Positions 19,075-28,643 are shown, counted from the first letter of the stretch. The stretch is DNA of 56,420 nt from Micavibrio sp. (GCA_002708415.1 PANS01000027.1:1-56420), one strand, 5' to 3'. The notes: generated by a model from the letters alone, not told the origin. Program-made: numbers and translations.

Positions 19075-21357
19075 TTAGTTATTATAATACTCTTTATAGC
19101 GACTGTAATAATAAACAGCATCACCATAACCGTATTTTGAGTGCCGTTTAATATCCACATTCGTTAAGACGAATGCTAGCGCACCATAACCAAAATCTGC
19201 AAACTGTTTTACACCTGCGCCCACAACTTCTCGCGGAGTATCATCCCATGACACAGCATAAAGAGTTTGATCGGAATGTGTTGCAAGAACACGAGCATCT
19301 GATACTGCCAAGCAGGCTGGGCTATCAAGAATAACAAGGTCATAAGCCTTCCGTAAAGAAGCGATAAGTTTACGCATACGGTCTTTGCTAATCAAATCAA
19401 GTGCATTGTTCGGCACAGAGCGCGCGTAAATAACATGCGCACCAGACGAATCATCACGTTTAATCACTTCATCTAGATCAGCCTTACCCGTTAAGAACTC
19501 AACAATAGTGTTATCTGGACGTACACCAAAAGCATTATGAAGATTAGGGCGACGTAAATCACAATCCACAACAATCACTTTTTCACCTGATTTTGCCGCA
19601 ATACGGGCCATCCATGATGAAAGTGTTGTCTTACCTTCGCTTGGCAAAGATGATGTAATTGTTACAACCTTCGGACGCTCTGCTGGATCATTAGACCGCA
19701 GATTTAAAACCATACGTAGCGTGCGAACCGATTCTGCGACATTAGAGGCCGGTTTACTTAAGATGTAATCACCAATTGGCCCACTACCCAATTTCTCAAC
19801 TTCTGGAATAACGCCAAAGCAAGGATAACCATTTTGTGTTTCAAGCTGTGATGACGTTCTATAAGCATTATCCAGTTTCTCCAATAAAAGCGCGATTGCA
19901 ATGCCTAAGAAGAATGATGCTGCTGCAGTTAAACTCAAGAAAAGTGGCTTATTCGGATATGATGCACCACGCGGCACTGTCGCATAAGAAATAACACGCG
20001 CTTCGGCTTCTTGCAGAGCTTCTTGATCGTCAGATTTTTTATATGTTTCTAAAAAAGTGTCGAAAATCATTTGGCTAGAATCTGATTCACGCGCTAACTC
20101 ACGCAACTTAATACTTGCCTTATTTTCTTTTTGCTTAAGGTTTTCAATCTCATCAAGACCCGCTTCTAATGCTGCAACACGCGCTTTTGCAACATTCAAC
20201 TCGGCGGCAAGCGTATCGGCAACAACCTCCATCTCTGAACGCATTTTATTGCGTAAATCTGCCAGCTCTGATCTGGCATTGATCATTCTAGGATGCTGCT
20301 CCCCATAAACAGAAGATAGCTCTGATATGTTGCGACGAATAGATGACTCTTCAAGTTTCAAATTTTGAATAATCCTTGAATTTATCGCTTCTGATGTTGT
20401 TTCAATATTTTCTGGGTTTTTAATCCACCCTTTAATTTGATCTAGACGAGCTGATGCTTCTGCTTCTTGTGCCTTAGCCATCACTAATTGAGAGTTAAGC
20501 TCAGATAGTTGCTGCGCCGTCACTTCAACACGCGCCCCAACAACAAGATTATTTTCTGAACGATACCGCTCAACCGCCGCTTCAGATTCACGTACTTGTG
20601 TCCTTAAACCATCTAAACGCTTATCAAGCCATTCAGTTAATTTTTGCGTTGCTTTAAACTTTGTCTCCAAGCGTTGATCAATATATGTATCAACAATAGT
20701 ATTCGCAATCAGAGCAGCCTTCTTAGGATCTTCAGATGTATATTCAATCTGCAATACAAAAGAACCTGGGATCGGACGCGCTGTAATATTTCTTAAGAAA
20801 CGATCAATAACAACTCCCATCTCTCCACTCATTAAGTTTAAAGATGTTTCCCGTTCTTGATCATAAACAGACAGAGCTTTAAATCGGCTATCTTCACTTT
20901 CCGATTTAGGAGCTAAAATAGAATCAATAGCGCGAGATTTACCCACCTGTATACGCGGATTAAACTCTGGATCATTTAACAAATCTAAACGATCAATAAC
21001 CTTTGCGGCTAATGTTCTAGACTTTAAAACTTCTGCTTCACTTAAAATGAGCGTCGTATCGACACGCATGCTTGATATAAGAGCACGAAGTTCTGGCGCA
21101 GGATCAGATTTATTTTCAATCATGATAAGCGCTTTAGCCGAATAGCGCGGCTGAACCATGTTCACGAAAACAAAAACAAGAGCAAGGGAGATCACCATAA
21201 CAGCCAAAATAAGAAGCTTGCGGCGCCACAGCATAAGCAGGAAATTTCTTAGATCAATTTCCAGATCCTGCATTCTATTACCAAACATAACTGAAGGGTC
21301 TTTATAAAGACTATTTCCTTCACCCATTTGGTTCACTTTTTGATTAGCTTCGCTCAT
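19075..21357 (-). CDS. Polysaccharide co-polymerase / tyrosine autokinase (Wzc, ExoP, GumC type)
   Basis: It has a Wzz-type N-terminus with TM1, a long coiled-coil periplasmic region and TM2. The cytoplasmic P-loop kinase has Walker A (SSLPSEGKTT), A' (VVDCDLRRP) and B (LVILDSPA). The C-terminal Tyr cluster is YGYGDAVYYYSRYKEYY. Confidence 0.88.
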   Translation of the reverse strand: MSEANQKVNQMGEGNSLYKDPSVMFGNRMQDLEIDLRNFLLMLWRRKLLILAVMVISLALVFVFVNMVQPRYSAKALIMIENKSDPAPELRALISSMRVDTTLILSEAEVLKSRTLAAKVIDRLDLLNDPEFNPRIQVGKSRAIDSILAPKSESEDSRFKALSVYDQERETSLNLMSGEMGVVIDRFLRNITARPIPGSFVLQIEYTSEDPKKAALIANTIVDTYIDQRLETKFKATQKLTEWLDKRLDGLRTQVRESEAAVERYRSENNLVVGARVEVTAQQLSELNSQLVMAKAQEAEASARLDQIKGWIKNPENIETTSEAINSRIIQNLKLEESSIRRNISELSSVYGEQHPRMINARSELADLRNKMRSEMEVVADTLAAELNVAKARVAALEAGLDEIENLKQKENKASIKLRELARESDSSQMIFDTFLETYKKSDDQEALQEAEARVISYATVPRGASYPNKPLFLSLTAAASFFLGIAIALLLEKLDNAYRTSSQLETQNGYPCFGVIPEVEKLGSGPIGDYILSKPASNVAESVRTLRMVLNLRSNDPAERPKVVTITSSLPSEGKTTLSSWMARIAAKSGEKVIVVDCDLRRPNLHNAFGVRPDNTIVEFLTGKADLDEVIKRDDSSGAHVIYARSVPNNALDLISKDRMRKLIASLRKAYDLVILDSPACLAVSDARVLATHSDQTLYAVSWDDTPREVVGAGVKQFADFGYGALAFVLTNVDIKRHSKYGYGDAVYYYSRYKEYYNN

Positions 21358-21372
21358 AAAATTAAAAAACTT

Positions 21373-22143
21373 CTAAAATAATCTCTCTTGAATAAAAATA
21401 ATGTCGCCAGGCTTCACTTTTTCACTTGTTGTTGTGTTCATAGGCTCTGCAGGCGCTTCATTTCCACGTAAAATTTCAACACTCTTACGATTAGCACGAT
21501 ACGTAAAGCCGCCACTAATGGCAACAGCTTGGAGCACACTCATCCCCGCAATATAATTATAACTTCCAGGACGACGTACCTCACCCAAGATATAAAAAGG
21601 CCTGCTTTCTGCAATTTCGATAGAAACGCTCGGTTTTTTCAAATAGCCTTGACGCAGCTTCACCTTAATAGCTTCTTCTGCTTGTCTTAATGTCAAACCT
21701 TCCACGTTAATATCACCAATCAAAGGAAATGCAATACTGCCCTCACTACCAACACGGTAATCACCTGAAAGTTCTTTCTCACCAAAGACATTAATCTTCA
21801 ACTTGTCCTCTGGTCCTAGAACATATTCATCAAATTTTTCAATCGCCTGCTCATTTTTTGTCACAGACATGCTAGATGCTTTTGTTTCTATGCTTTGTGG
21901 TAAAGCCTCAACTTCAGTTTTAATTTTTTCTTTATTCTGGGTTTTATTGAAATTTGTAGCCTTTTTCATTGGCGCCTCTTTTACTGGCTGTACCAACTTA
22001 GTATCGACCTTAGATATATTTTTCTCAGCAAGGGCGCTCTCTTCTGCAAAAGAAGAGTTTAAAAATGGCGCACAGACAACCATCAACCCAAGAAGGGCAG
22101 ATAATACCATCACACAAAAATTGCCTTTTATTTTAACCATCAC
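21373..22143 (-). CDS. Polysaccharide export protein (Wza-like, short form)
   Basis: It has a signal peptide, a Poly_export block (YVLGPEDKLKINVFGEKELSGDYRVGSEGSIAFPLIGDINVEGLT) and an SLBB block (FYILGEVRRPGSY...GDIIFI). Confidence 0.85.
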   Translation of the reverse strand: MMVKIKGNFCVMVLSALLGLMVVCAPFLNSSFAEESALAEKNISKVDTKLVQPVKEAPMKKATNFNKTQNKEKIKTEVEALPQSIETKASSMSVTKNEQAIEKFDEYVLGPEDKLKINVFGEKELSGDYRVGSEGSIAFPLIGDINVEGLTLRQAEEAIKVKLRQGYLKKPSVSIEIAESRPFYILGEVRRPGSYNYIAGMSVLQAVAISGGFTYRANRKSVEILRGNEAPAEPMNTTTSEKVKPGDIIFIQERLF

Positions 22144-22307
22144 GACCAGAACCGATCATAGAAATATAGATTTAAGCTTGCGAATCAAAACAAACTTTCT
22201 TTAAGTGTAAGGCATTTTCAATATTCCGTACAACAAAAATTTGAAAATTTATATTAAAAGCAACCATTTAGAGATTTTACCTCTCTAAAAAAGTACATTA
22301 TTACATA

Positions 22308-23642
22308 TTACAACCGCGCATTAAGACGAACCATTAACTGATGACGATCAAAATCTAAACCCTGTACGCTACTCTCACGTGCCTTAAAGTCATAATGTCC
22401 AGAAACCGAATAACGCGGGTTAATGACATAGCGCAGACCAGTTCCAATAGAGAATATCTCATCTTCACGAGAGCTTTCTTGGAAGTCAGCAAGCGCTTTA
22501 TCTACAAACGCATCAAAAAACAAGTTATGTAAAAATTCATAGTCTAACTTTATACGCCCCTGAGAGAGTACAGCCGCAGCAAGAACCTGATTATCCTCGG
22601 CAATTTCACGGCGAAGCGCCAAATTCAATGTCGCTTTCTTACCTAAATTCCAACTAATATTTCCAGCCACGCGGGAACTTGACACATCATCAATTTGATT
22701 AGATTTATAATTACGCGAACCATAGCCCACGCCCAAATATCCCTCAACAAGCCCTTTATAAGCAAACTCCCAGCCGCCAAGAAATCCAATATTTTTGCTA
22801 TCACGCTCGGGGCCTGAAAAAGATCCTGACTGAAAATCTCCCCGCTTATAATCTGTATCCGTTACACTCACAGAAACAAATGGCTGGTGATTTGGTAAAA
22901 TATCATAAGAGGCACGCGCTTCAATTTCAGTTAAAGAGCGATCAGCATCTTGTCTTACAACGGCCTGACCAAAACGATTTTCACCATCATCAAAAGAAAT
23001 CGTATTATAGCGCCCAATAAGAGAAAGACCTAAACGATTAGGGTTATAGGAAATACCAAAAGCCGAAGCAAAGGTCTTAAAACGAATAGGATCTTTAGAA
23101 AAATTAGTTAATAAATTTTGCCCTCTTTTCTCATGCCCTAAATTATAAGAGACTTCAAATGGAAAACTAATGTCATGGCGCATTTCCAGCGAACCATTCA
23201 AACGCGTCCTAAAATTTAACGTGTCTTCGTCACTATTACTTGCATACTTGTTATAATCACCCTCAACAAGAAACCCAAAATTATGACGCCCCACATCTTT
23301 GCGCACCAAAAGCGACGGATTCACAATAGTGATAAAATCACTCTCTGTATAATTTTCTGTGGCAAAAATATTATTATCATATTTTTCCGTTACCTTCATC
23401 AAAGGGTATATTTCCAATCCACGCCAACGCACAGCAACAGGTTGCAACTGGGGATCTAAGCGCTCACTAACAATTTTTAATGCTTGCCCGTCAGGCTCTC
23501 TTTTATTTTGGCGAACGTCACCAAGCCCTTTAGGCGCTTCAACCATAACCGATTCAAACGTCTCAGCGTGCACGGTAACATTATTCGATAAAACGAATAA
23601 TACACAAATAGCCCACAGTATTATGGTATAGCGATGACGCAT
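22308..23642 (-). CDS. Outer-membrane beta-barrel protein of the polysaccharide export locus
   Basis: It has a signal peptide (VLSNNVTVHAETF). Alternating amphipathic beta-strand pattern rich in Y/G/N/D/R runs throughout. Its position upstream of wza is like the barrel proteins of EPS loci (EpsL-like or putative beta-barrel porin-2 class). Confidence 0.6.
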   Translation of the reverse strand: MRHRYTIILWAICVLFVLSNNVTVHAETFESVMVEAPKGLGDVRQNKREPDGQALKIVSERLDPQLQPVAVRWRGLEIYPLMKVTEKYDNNIFATENYTESDFITIVNPSLLVRKDVGRHNFGFLVEGDYNKYASNSDEDTLNFRTRLNGSLEMRHDISFPFEVSYNLGHEKRGQNLLTNFSKDPIRFKTFASAFGISYNPNRLGLSLIGRYNTISFDDGENRFGQAVVRQDADRSLTEIEARASYDILPNHQPFVSVSVTDTDYKRGDFQSGSFSGPERDSKNIGFLGGWEFAYKGLVEGYLGVGYGSRNYKSNQIDDVSSSRVAGNISWNLGKKATLNLALRREIAEDNQVLAAAVLSQGRIKLDYEFLHNLFFDAFVDKALADFQESSREDEIFSIGTGLRYVINPRYSVSGHYDFKARESSVQGLDFDRHQLMVRLNARL

Positions 23643-23740
23643 ACTCTAAAGCCTTAAGTTTTCTAAAATCTTCTGAAACGATCGCCAGAAAAGAGAATCA
23701 CTTATAAAGTATAGTCATATTTTTTAAAAGATACTAGAGC

Positions 23741-23760
23741 TTATCCACAGATGTGGATAA
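23741..23760. promoter_or_regulatory. Perfect inverted pair of DnaA-box 9-mers (TTATCCACA-GA-TGTGGATAA)
   Basis: This was read directly from the sequence. It sits 3 nt downstream of the regulator stop and 99 nt upstream of the barrel-gene start. A third partial copy (TTATCCtgc) lies at 23763-23771. Confidence 0.5.
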
Positions 23761-23762
23761 AA

Positions 23763-24611
23763 TTATCCTGCTGAAGCAGGGGTTTGCCCCTCTTTAATCA
23801 ACAAATATTCAGGCTCATTTCTACCTAAAGGTAAGCTCGTAAGATGAACATAAATTTCAATCGGCGTACTTGTTGCTGAAGCAATATCATCAAGCTCTTC
23901 TAAGGCCGCCGCAAAACGAGAAGCCGCTTCACGCGGTTCATTTTGATGCTGTATGCGCTGTAAAAGCAACGAATATTCATTTTTGCCTGTTTGTCCGATA
24001 ATATCGCTCTGACGACGCAACCGAACAAGATGATGGGCTAGCTTAGAAATAGCAAATTCCGCCCCATACGGCCCATCACGGCTTTCAATCTCAGAATAAT
24101 TCTTAATACCAATACTTAAAACGTGAGCTAACTCACTATAGCGACTACCGCGATCAATTGCCGAAAGAAAAAGCTGATTAAAGGCTGATTTCGCAATAAC
24201 ACCGCCAGCACTTGGAAAATCTTCAGATTCATCCCCTATGGAAACAACCATATCTATCAAGTTTTGAGCATTTTCTAATTTTTCTTCAACATCCTGATTA
24301 TCCAGCGGTTTACGTATAAAATTATTACACCCCATCACCAAAGCGCTCTCGATATCCAAATTCTCATCCCCTGTCACAAGCACCACATATGGATAAGAAG
24401 AAATTGCGCGCCTGATGTTCAAAATAATAGCACTTGCATCTTTCATTGGGGACGGATCAATAAAAATCACATCAAACGGCCCATCTGCAGAGATTTTATC
24501 AATTGCCTCACTTTTTACACGCTCTTCAAGAACCTCATGCCCTTTAGCGATTAACTTTGAAGATAAGAGCTGAGAAGCCTCTGGATCGCGATCAATAATA
24601 AGAATTTTCAT
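23763..24611 (-). CDS. Response regulator: REC domain fused to a degenerate GGDEF domain
   Basis: The REC domain has an acidic pocket (IIDRD) and an acceptor Asp (VIFIDPSPM). The C-terminal domain is colinear with the GGDEF fold, but the active-site position reads GKNEY (IIGQTGKNEYSLLLQR). Confidence 0.75.
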   Translation of the reverse strand: MKILIIDRDPEASQLLSSKLIAKGHEVLEERVKSEAIDKISADGPFDVIFIDPSPMKDASAIILNIRRAISSYPYVVLVTGDENLDIESALVMGCNNFIRKPLDNQDVEEKLENAQNLIDMVVSIGDESEDFPSAGGVIAKSAFNQLFLSAIDRGSRYSELAHVLSIGIKNYSEIESRDGPYGAEFAISKLAHHLVRLRRQSDIIGQTGKNEYSLLLQRIQHQNEPREAASRFAAALEELDDIASATSTPIEIYVHLTSLPLGRNEPEYLLIKEGQTPASAG

Positions 24612-24845
24612 AAGTTTACCTGTTTGTATAACAAGATGTTTTAAGGCACGAGTAAATAACTATCTCCATTGTGACCCTAACTTATTAAAAAATAAACAAC
24701 ATATTTCAAGCATTCGGCCAAAAGCTGGTTTTTTTGCTATTTGTTGAAATATAATTACTTTGACTTATTCACCTCTCTAAGCTACATAAATCCCAGAATA
24801 CATAGCTTTTTCAATACCCTTCCTAAACAATAAAAGGAAAAATTT

Positions 24846-25457
24846 ATGGCAATACATTTGCACAAAGGCGACCTACCAAAAGACGTACAGTTTAGCTCTT
24901 CGGTTGCCATTGACACAGAAACACTTGGCTTAAATCCTGCGCGCGATAAACTTTGCCTCATTCAGCTTTCCGATGGCCGTGGTGATGCTCATATCGTACA
25001 ACTTAATCGTGACACCTATAATGCGCCAAATATCAAAGCACTCATGGAAGATAAAAACACCACTAAAATTTTCCATTATGCTCGTTTTGACATTGCTATT
25101 TTAAAAGCTTACTTAAATGTTGAATGTACTCCTATTTATTGCACAAAGATTGCATCGCGCCTTTGTCGTACCTATACAGATCGCCACGGCTTAAAAAATG
25201 TTGTCAGCGAACTGGCCGGCGTTGACCTAAACAAACAACAACAAAGCTCTGATTGGGGTGCTGAAGAACTCTCACAAGAACAGCTCGATTATGCTGCAAG
25301 CGACGTTCTATATCTCCATACTGTAAAAGAAAAATTAGACAGCATGCTCGCTCGTGAAGGGCGTGTAGACCTTGCTCAAGAATGTTTTAACTTCTTAAAA
25401 ACGCGTGCCGATTTAGACCTGCAAGGTTGGAGCGAATTTGACATTTTCCAACACTAA
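24846..25457 (+). CDS. rnd: DEDD-family 3'-5' exonuclease, short RNase D-like
   Basis: Exo motifs are present: I (AIDTETLGL), II (HYARFDIAIL) and III (YAASDVLYL). The roughly 200-aa form is common in alphaproteobacteria. Confidence 0.8.
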   Translation: MAIHLHKGDLPKDVQFSSSVAIDTETLGLNPARDKLCLIQLSDGRGDAHIVQLNRDTYNAPNIKALMEDKNTTKIFHYARFDIAILKAYLNVECTPIYCTKIASRLCRTYTDRHGLKNVVSELAGVDLNKQQQSSDWGAEELSQEQLDYAASDVLYLHTVKEKLDSMLAREGRVDLAQECFNFLKTRADLDLQGWSEFDIFQH

Positions 25458-25489
25458 AAACATATAAAAACAAAAACAAAGACAAAATA

Positions 25490-26473
25490 ATGACGAACAT
25501 AACAGCGCTCAACTCTGCAAAAAACACCATACAAACAGAAATAGATGGTTTGGCTGAACTCGCAAGAACACTAGATGAAAATTTCACGAATGCAATTGAA
25601 ACTATTCACAATATGAAACAGACAAGCCGTGGCCGTTTAATTGTCGCTGGCATTGGTAAAAGTGGGCACATCGCCAATAAAATGGTCGCAACACTTGCCT
25701 CAACAGGAACGCCTTCTTTCTTTGTTCATCCTGGCGAAGCGGCGCATGGTGATCTTGGTATGGTAACAAAAGATGACGTTGTCCTCATGATCTCTAATTC
25801 TGGCGAAGGCCCAGAACTTGCAGCGCTTATGACATACACGCGTCGCTTTGATATCCCTTTAATTGCCATCACAAGTAATTCAAATAGCGCCCTTGCACAA
25901 CATTCCGACATATTACTTTTAACACCGCAAATGCCCGAAGCTTGTCCGAACGGTCTTGCGCCCACAACATCGACAACCGTGACGCTTGCGTTAGGTGATG
26001 CGATTGCTGTGGCATTACTTGAAAAAATGAACCTTACACCAGAACAGTTTGGTGTTTTCCACCCGGGCGGCAAATTAGGAAAAAGACTAACACCTGTTAA
26101 TGATGTTATGCACCCAAAAGAAGAGCTGCCGCTCGTGAATTCCCAAGCAACGATGGATCAAGTTATTGTCCTTCTCACAGAACATAATCTTGGTTGCGTT
26201 CTTATTACCGATGATGGCCAAAACGTTACAGGCATTGTAACAGATGGTGATTTAAAACGTCACATGGACACAAACCTTTTACAGAAATCTGTTGCCGATG
26301 TGATGAGCGCAAACCCAAAAACAATTTCAGAAAAATCTCTTGCCGTCGAAGCCCTTAAAATTATGAGTGGAACACCCGATCAATATATTACAAGCTTGGT
26401 GGCAACAGATGACAAAGGCAACCTAAGCGGCCTAATACGCTTACAAGATTGTCTACAACTAGGCATTGCCTAA
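25490..26473 (+). CDS. kdsD: Arabinose-5-phosphate isomerase (KdsD/KpsF; SIS plus tandem CBS)
   Basis: The SIS motif is GIGKSGHIANKMVATLASTGTPSFFVHPGEAAHGDLGM. A C-terminal CBS pair follows. It lies immediately upstream of lptC. Confidence 0.9.
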   Translation: MTNITALNSAKNTIQTEIDGLAELARTLDENFTNAIETIHNMKQTSRGRLIVAGIGKSGHIANKMVATLASTGTPSFFVHPGEAAHGDLGMVTKDDVVLMISNSGEGPELAALMTYTRRFDIPLIAITSNSNSALAQHSDILLLTPQMPEACPNGLAPTTSTTVTLALGDAIAVALLEKMNLTPEQFGVFHPGGKLGKRLTPVNDVMHPKEELPLVNSQATMDQVIVLLTEHNLGCVLITDDGQNVTGIVTDGDLKRHMDTNLLQKSVADVMSANPKTISEKSLAVEALKIMSGTPDQYITSLVATDDKGNLSGLIRLQDCLQLGIA

Positions 26474-26487
26474 ACACAATAATTTAT

Positions 26488-27183
26488 ATGAATGAAGAAC
26501 GCCTCACCGAACTAGATTTTAAAACACCTAAAGCTGAGATTGATAAAAATTACTCACGCTTTATTCGATCAATGCGCCTTCTACTTCCTCTTCTTGCCTT
26601 AGGGCTTACCGTTATCGTTATAACGTGGCCACAAATGGATAGTAAAATTGTTACCATACAAAAAGACGAGCTTCTTCCAAATACAGATTTAGCTGAGAAT
26701 GAACTCATCAACCCTCGCTTTCAAAGTACGGACACAGATTTAAATCCATATACCGTCACAGCCAAGCGCGCCATTCAAAATCAACAAAATCCCGATCTAG
26801 TGAAACTTGATACGCCAAAAGGCAACATGACCATGAAAGATGGCACTATATTAAATGTTAAAGCCAGCTCTGGCAGTTATGAGCAAACAGAAGAAAAGCT
26901 ATTTCTTGAAAATAATGTGATGCTCAACCATCAATCTGGCTATATTTTAAACACACAAGAGTTGCGCGTTGATCTTAAAAAAGGACAAGCCTTTTCCGAT
27001 AAAGACGTCACAATTACTGGTACAGATGGCACCATTCAAGCCACAGGCTTAAAGGGTGATTTAGACAATGAAGTCCTTATCTTCAAAGGGCCTGCGACAC
27101 TCACACTTAATCCCAAAAACACTCTTTCTATTCCAAGTCAAAAGACAAAACGAAAAACGGACGAGGCTGACAATGCTTTATAA
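26488..27183 (+). CDS. lptC: LPS export protein LptC (start moved to the MNEERL ATG)
   Basis: It has a single N-terminal TM (LLLPLLALGLTVIVITW) and then a beta-jellyroll. It sits between kdsD and lptA. The listed upstream start would overlap kdsD by 25 nt. Confidence 0.75.
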   Translation: MNEERLTELDFKTPKAEIDKNYSRFIRSMRLLLPLLALGLTVIVITWPQMDSKIVTIQKDELLPNTDLAENELINPRFQSTDTDLNPYTVTAKRAIQNQQNPDLVKLDTPKGNMTMKDGTILNVKASSGSYEQTEEKLFLENNVMLNHQSGYILNTQELRVDLKKGQAFSDKDVTITGTDGTIQATGLKGDLDNEVLIFKGPATLTLNPKNTLSIPSQKTKRKTDEADNAL

Positions 27184-27991
27184 AATATTTTTAACGTTAC
27201 TAGTGATTATAACAATGCCTACTTTTTCTTTTGCCCAACTAGGCAATGAGGCAAGTAGCGACCAACCTATCGAAATCTCTGCTGGACAAGCCCTTGAGTG
27301 GAAACAAAAAGATCTGCAATATATTGCACGTGGTGATGTTATCATTACGCAAGGCAAGGCCACCATTAAAGCCGATACTGTCGTTGCCGATTACCGTGAA
27401 GGCAAGCAATCAAAAACAGAAATTTGGCGCTTAACCGCAACTGATAATGTTATTATTTCCGATGCAGAAAATATCATTACAGGGGACAAAGGCGTTTATT
27501 TAATTGATGGCGGCATTGCAACAATAACGGGCTCAAACCTTAAATTCACCACACCAGAACAAGTCATTACAGCCACAGAAAAAATGGAATACGCAACTGA
27601 TAAAGGTACAGCAACCGCGATTGGTAACGCCAAAGTAGTTCAAGGAAAAGATACGCTAACGTCATCTCGCCTTAACGTTTATTTTAAAAAAGATGATAAT
27701 GGAAAAAATGCGCTCCAAAAAATTGATGCTGTTGGCCGCGTTAAAATCGTTACGCCTGATGAAACGCTAACAGGTGATAGCGGAACCTACAATGCAGAAA
27801 ACGATACAGCAACCATCAATGGTAACGTTAAAATCATTCGGGGAGCCAATACACTCGAAGGTGCACGAGCAACCGTTAATCTGACTTCAAAAATCAGTAA
27901 AATTTTTGGTAATGAAAAAACAGGTGGTCGCGTTAAAGGAGTATTCTTTCCTGGCTCCACCCCCACCACACAATCAGAGGAGCAACAATAA
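27173..27991 (+). CDS. lptA: LPS export periplasmic protein LptA (start moved to the MLYKIF ATG)
   Basis: It has a signal peptide ending FSFAQ. OstA-like repeats are present (I.ADTVVADY..., GNAKVVQGKDTLTSSRL, GNVKIIRGANTLEG). GAGG lies upstream of the ATG, and the start overlaps the lptC stop. Confidence 0.85.
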   Translation: MLYKIFLTLLVIITMPTFSFAQLGNEASSDQPIEISAGQALEWKQKDLQYIARGDVIITQGKATIKADTVVADYREGKQSKTEIWRLTATDNVIISDAENIITGDKGVYLIDGGIATITGSNLKFTTPEQVITATEKMEYATDKGTATAIGNAKVVQGKDTLTSSRLNVYFKKDDNGKNALQKIDAVGRVKIVTPDETLTGDSGTYNAENDTATINGNVKIIRGANTLEGARATVNLTSKISKIFGNEKTGGRVKGVFFPGSTPTTQSEEQQ

Positions 27992-27993
27992 AT

Positions 27994-28629
27994 ATGCTTG
28001 ATACAATATGGTTGAACTGGCTTCTCCTCACGAGTATTTTTAGTCTGGCGCTTATTTCCCCTGGCCCTGATCTTGTCGTGGCTATTCGTAACTCTGTTTT
28101 AGGCTCACGCAAAGCAGGTCTTTTAACTGCTCTTGGTTTTGCGACAGGTGTTAGCATTCATATGACATACACACTCGTTGGTCTTGCCGCTATCATTGCA
28201 CAATCCATTGTTCTTTTTAGCATTTTAAAATATGCGGGTGCAGCGTACTTGCTTTATATGGGTTATAAAGCGCTTCGTTCTAATGGATTTGATAAATCAG
28301 AAGTTAGCAATCTTTCTGGCCATAAAAAAATTAGTAATAAAAAAGCCTTTATGGATGGGTTCATTACAAATGTTTTAAACCCGAAAGCAACCGTCTTTTT
28401 TCTTGCTGTCTTTTCACAATTTATTACCCCAGAAACACCGATGAGCGTTCAATTCTTCTACGCTTCCACATGCGTTGTTATGACGGGTCTGTGGTTTTCA
28501 ATCGTCGCCCTCGCTCTGACCAACAGGCGCATTAAGAATAAGTTCTTAAGCTTTTCAAAAATAATTGATCGCCTCTGTGGTGGTTTTCTTATTGCTTTAG
28601 GTCTCAAACTCGCGTTATCAAAGGCATAG
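27994..28629 (+). CDS. LysE/RhtB-family amino-acid exporter
   Basis: It has the six-TM pattern. The N-terminal block SPGPD....I.NS...G.K.G and NPKA..FFLAVF are LysE-family hallmarks. Confidence 0.85.
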   Translation: MLDTIWLNWLLLTSIFSLALISPGPDLVVAIRNSVLGSRKAGLLTALGFATGVSIHMTYTLVGLAAIIAQSIVLFSILKYAGAAYLLYMGYKALRSNGFDKSEVSNLSGHKKISNKKAFMDGFITNVLNPKATVFFLAVFSQFITPETPMSVQFFYASTCVVMTGLWFSIVALALTNRRIKNKFLSFSKIIDRLCGGFLIALGLKLALSKA

Positions 28630-28643
28630 GAGTTTAATTATTC

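Noticed and set aside
23668-23690. Sigma-54 promoter search upstream of the export genes (minus strand CTGGCGATCGTTTCAG)
   Set aside because: It has a GG element, but the -12 region reads TTCA instead of TTGC at the required spacing. I found no convincing TGGCAC-N5-TTGC elsewhere in the intergenic regions I read.
23643-23762. Possibility that the double DnaA-box marks the replication origin
   Set aside because: The spacer is only 120 bp. It has two and a half boxes, no AT-rich 13-mer-like unwinding repeats that I could see, and none of the flanking genes usually linked to alphaproteobacterial origins. I kept it as a regulatory or structural palindrome instead.
26449-27172. Upstream-extended starts for lptC (26449) and lptA (27068) given in the ORF track
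   Set aside because: The extensions overlap the preceding genes and lack signal or anchor features. Internal ATGs give the expected TM anchor (lptC) and signal peptide (lptA).
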